A stretch of DNA of 20,000 nt, from IMG/VR virus record IMGVR_UViG_3300036399_001267; one strand, given 5' to 3'. The stretch's first letter is position 1. Every line of letters starts with the position of its first letter. Origin of the DNA: an uncultured virus (IMG/VR IMGVR_UViG_3300036399_001267). Its lineage: Duplodnaviria; Heunggongvirae; Uroviricota; Caudoviricetes. The notes under the pieces were generated by a model. The model ran no database searches. It was not told where the DNA came from and saw only the letters and a program-made list of their open reading frames with translations. Shown piece by piece: positions 17,313 through 20,000 of this stretch. A program made the translations under genes and the position numbers.

Positions 17313-18086
17313 TTACTCAAAAAATTCGTTGGTAGATGTTACAACGATTTCTTGCACTTCTTCTTTGAACGAAGTATCTTTGGGGTAAGGTAGAACTTTA
17401 TGTTTTAGAGATTTAACCAGTTTCTTATTTTCTATCTTGTTGCTAATAAACTTGACGTAACGATGTTTACCACTTTCACGTTTACGCCAAAATGTTCTAC
17501 CTATACGTTCTTTTAATTTATCTACACTGTGTGTTTTCCATCTAGCATATACACTTCTACTATGTATCCATTCATATTGATTTGGACCAATTAAACTAAC
17601 ACTATAGTTAGGCATTATTGCTATATCCACATAGTTGTCTCCTTGATATACAAATCCAGTTGCTTGATATATTGTTCCAGCGTGTCCAACTTCACTATCT
17701 GCATAACTAAGAATACATTTAATGTGTGGATATTCTCTGTTTAATAGTCTAAAACTTTCAGCTATACAATAACTCTCTATATTTTTACCATAACCATCTG
17801 CAATCCATAACCGCGTTAATTCCAACACATTATTGTTAGTAAGTAGACAAGATACGCTGGTACTTGCATTTCTACCTACGGCATTTCCATATACTAATAC
17901 ACCTATCAGGCGTTCGTTAAATCCCCCAAAGAAAGTACTTTCGATATACTCTTTGTAATAAACTCCATAAGCTACAGTACAAAGTGACCACTTGTGAGTA
18001 TAGTGGTTCTTTTCAATAAGAATTTTTGCAACATTCTTATTGATGCTTTTGAGGTAAATTAATGAGGGGTTAAAATACTCCGACAT
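17313..18086 (-). CDS. Mom-family (GNAT-fold) DNA adenine modification protein
   Basis: NHYTH, LIGVLVYG, VLELTRLW, KNIESYCIAESFRLL and ILSYADSEVGHAGTIYQATGFVYQG match the motif order of phage Mu Mom homologues. Confidence 0.8.
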   Translation of the reverse strand: MSEYFNPSLIYLKSINKNVAKILIEKNHYTHKWSLCTVAYGVYYKEYIESTFFGGFNERLIGVLVYGNAVGRNASTSVSCLLTNNNVLELTRLWIADGYGKNIESYCIAESFRLLNREYPHIKCILSYADSEVGHAGTIYQATGFVYQGDNYVDIAIMPNYSVSLIGPNQYEWIHSRSVYARWKTHSVDKLKERIGRTFWRKRESGKHRYVKFISNKIENKKLVKSLKHKVLPYPKDTSFKEEVQEIVVTSTNEFFE

Positions 18087-18092
18087 TATTTC

Positions 18093-18120
18093 ATTATAAC
18101 AATATAACTCGACATGTCAA
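18093..18120 (-). promoter_or_regulatory. Consensus sigma70 promoter for the mom-like gene
   Basis: The minus strand reads TTGACA (18120-18115), a 16-nt spacer ending TGT (extended -10), TATAAT (18098-18093), then 6 nt to the ATG at 18086. Confidence 0.8.
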
Positions 18121-18132
18121 GATTTATATGAA

Positions 18133-18906
18133 TTAACACAATATATTTAATTCGTATCTCTCAACTAATGTGTTTATGTTTTGTTCTATTTTGGATATAT
18201 AATCTATCGTTCCATATTGATGTAGATTATAGTAGTGGTTATGTAACATTGGTTTAACTAATTTATTCCAGAATACCGGCGTTTTATGAATCATATCTTC
18301 AAACGAATTATACATTTTTATTTTATTAAATTTTTGATATTCATCAAATTCTTTGTATAGTTTGTCTAATTTATCAACATACAACTCATCACTCATTTGA
18401 CTTAACCAATCTGCCAATGCCACACATGCACCTAGTTGGTTTAATCCAACATTATAATTTGGTTTAAAATAATCGGTGGTTTTAATCAATTTACATATTT
18501 TGTTCTGTTCTTCTTGAGTTAGTATTTCTGAGAAGTTTTTGCTTACAAACTCACACCCTCTATCTACGTGACAATTTATATATTGGGCACCGGTTCCTAT
18601 TTTTTCATCTTTACTTTTTAAGAAACCAATGTCATGATATAACGTTGCGATCACACCACAGAAAAAATTATTTGGATCTTTTGTTATTATAGATTCTTTT
18701 ATAATACCATCATATATGTCTACAAATACCTCAACGCTTGATAAAAAATGATCTATATTATGATATTGTGTTTTTAATCTATAGTATTGATCATTTCCGT
18801 TTACACATAGTTCTATTAAAAACTCATAAAGAAACTTGATTCTAGGATCGGTATGTTTGAATAACCGGTTTGACGTTGTGGTAATGTAATCTAATGTGGT
18901 ATTCAT
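18133..18906 (-). CDS. HD-superfamily metal-dependent phosphohydrolase, candidate cyclic-nucleotide phosphodiesterase
   Basis: YHNIDH, LYHDIGFLK (HD), GTGAQY..CHVDRG and LADWLSQM...KL..LY.EF give a full H...HD...H...D metal-ligand set. Confidence 0.8.
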   Translation of the reverse strand: MNTTLDYITTTSNRLFKHTDPRIKFLYEFLIELCVNGNDQYYRLKTQYHNIDHFLSSVEVFVDIYDGIIKESIITKDPNNFFCGVIATLYHDIGFLKSKDEKIGTGAQYINCHVDRGCEFVSKNFSEILTQEEQNKICKLIKTTDYFKPNYNVGLNQLGACVALADWLSQMSDELYVDKLDKLYKEFDEYQKFNKIKMYNSFEDMIHKTPVFWNKLVKPMLHNHYYNLHQYGTIDYISKIEQNINTLVERYELNILC

Positions 18907-18907
18907 G

Positions 18908-19999
18908 TTAACTTTTTGATTTTAAGTTTAGGGGTTCATATACCTTCACAGGTATGTCCTTTCCTTTTACCTTGACCTCGACTACATAGTGATAGTCGAT
19001 ATCATCTTTACTTTTTTCATATACAGATTCAGACACTAAAATCTTTGTTTTATAAGTTTTATTAGCTGACTCCAAACGAGATGCTAAGTTAACAGTATCA
19101 CCAGTGACTGTGTAATTCATACGGTTGCTGGAACCAATATTTCCAACAATTACTTCGCCACAATTTATACCTATTCTGGTTTTAAATATGAATTTCTTTC
19201 CTTGAAATTCCCATCTTTTGTTTAATTTATCTATTTCATCACTTATCTTAAGAGCAGTTGCAACAGCTACACTCTCATGATTTTCTATTTTATTAGGAGC
19301 ATTCCAAAATGCCATTACAGCATCACCTATGAATTTGTCAACGGTGGCACCACTTTCTTCTAAACAATGTACATATACGTCAAAATATTCATTTAAAGAT
19401 GTAACAACTTCATCCACATCGTTGTTTTCGGAGATGGTTGTAAATCCTTCGATATCACTAAACAATACCGTTACGTATGTTTTTTCACCGCCTATTTTTG
19501 CATCTTTACCTTGAGTTATTAGTTGTTTAACAACCTTATCAGGAACATATTTTGCAAATGATCTCAAACCGGTTTTAACCTTATCAGTTGCATCAATCAT
19601 ATCATTTACTTCACTGATGTTGCTATTGAAGTCGATATGGTCATCTAAATTTAAATCTCTCAATTTAAGAATTTCATCTCTGACTCTGTAGAGAGGTTTT
19701 CTAATTGCGTTAGTCATCCAAATTATAATTGGACATATTAAAATTAACAATGTAAAAAATACACAAGTAAACTTCTTTTTATAATCAACGATATATTTGT
19801 CAGCGTCAACAGATTTAATATCACTACATACAACATAAATTAACTTTCCATTCTTAAATATAGGTTTATAAGCAGATAAAAATGTACCCCACTTATCTGT
19901 ATAATAATCATTTTCAAAGTATATTTCCTCTTTGGTATTTTTAAACAACTCTTTTAATCCATCACCAGCATCATCATATACTTCACCCAACTTAGCCTG
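18908..19999 (-). CDS. Membrane-bound class III adenylate cyclase (sensor domain-TM-HAMP-cyclase), 5' end outside the window
   Basis: Catalytic motifs VTVLFSDIEGFTTISE, DKFIGDAVMAFWNAP, RIGINCGEVIVGNIGS..RMNYTVTGDTVNLASRLE. TM segment FTCVFFTLLILICPIIIWM, HAMP-like RKPLYRV...SEVNDMIDATDKV, and a Cache-like segment YTDKWGTFLSAYKPI...VVCSDI. The frame is open to the window end (QAKLGEVY). Confidence 0.93.
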   Translation of the reverse strand, partial: QAKLGEVYDDAGDGLKELFKNTKEEIYFENDYYTDKWGTFLSAYKPIFKNGKLIYVVCSDIKSVDADKYIVDYKKKFTCVFFTLLILICPIIIWMTNAIRKPLYRVRDEILKLRDLNLDDHIDFNSNISEVNDMIDATDKVKTGLRSFAKYVPDKVVKQLITQGKDAKIGGEKTYVTVLFSDIEGFTTISENNDVDEVVTSLNEYFDVYVHCLEESGATVDKFIGDAVMAFWNAPNKIENHESVAVATALKISDEIDKLNKRWEFQGKKFIFKTRIGINCGEVIVGNIGSSNRMNYTVTGDTVNLASRLESANKTYKTKILVSESVYEKSKDDIDYHYVVEVKVKGKDIPVKVYEPLNLKSKS

Positions 20000-20000
20000 T

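Noticed and set aside
2274..19514. Short alternative-frame or antisense ORFs (2274, 3331, 3491, 3871, 6105, 7893, 9230, 9604, 9642, 10061, 13702, 14236, 14722, 15376, 15533, 19329)
   Set aside because: All lie mostly or wholly within well-supported genes, show no recognisable motifs and look like shadow ORFs.
1..20000. Stop-codon reassignment as in some large phages
   Set aside because: Core genes are intact in the standard code, and TAA, TGA (4222, 6670) and TAG (13114) all appear to end genes.
17313..20000. Cyclase-HD-Mom as one cAMP-regulated DNA modification system, or as a Pycsar system
   Set aside because: The mom-like gene has its own promoter and no cNMP-binding domain, and no CRP box (TGTGA-N6-TCACA) was seen in the intergenic DNA. 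The cyclase has ATP-type residues and a receptor architecture, with no Pycsar TM/TIR effector visible.

Overview
This AT-rich window comes from a large T4-like (myovirus-type) bacteriophage and covers the virion morphogenesis cluster. The + strand carries a very large tail sheath gene that starts before the window, then a terminator and three genes whose products share an N-terminal M-I-x-L-x-x-[IL]-[LV]-(x)-E leader: a small protein, a WrbA/FMN-reductase-like flavoprotein and a KxDG ligase-fold protein. Next come a Zn-finger/coiled-coil ORF, terminase large subunit, portal, two probable core proteins, prohead protease, a further leader-bearing ORF, an inverted two-gene cassette, the scaffold and the major capsid protein. 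A bidirectional terminator separates this from a convergent - strand block: a membrane-anchored sensor-TM-HAMP class III adenylate cyclase (truncated at the window end) tightly coupled to an HD phosphohydrolase, then a Mom-like DNA modification gene with its own consensus sigma70 promoter. The main points of interest are a candidate phage-encoded cyclic-nucleotide synthesis/degradation module, enzymes that appear tagged for packaging into the head, and a recurrent ATA(T/C)TTAT(A/T) late-promoter-like motif that is the reverse complement of the T4 late promoter. All calls come from motif recognition by eye; no searches were run.
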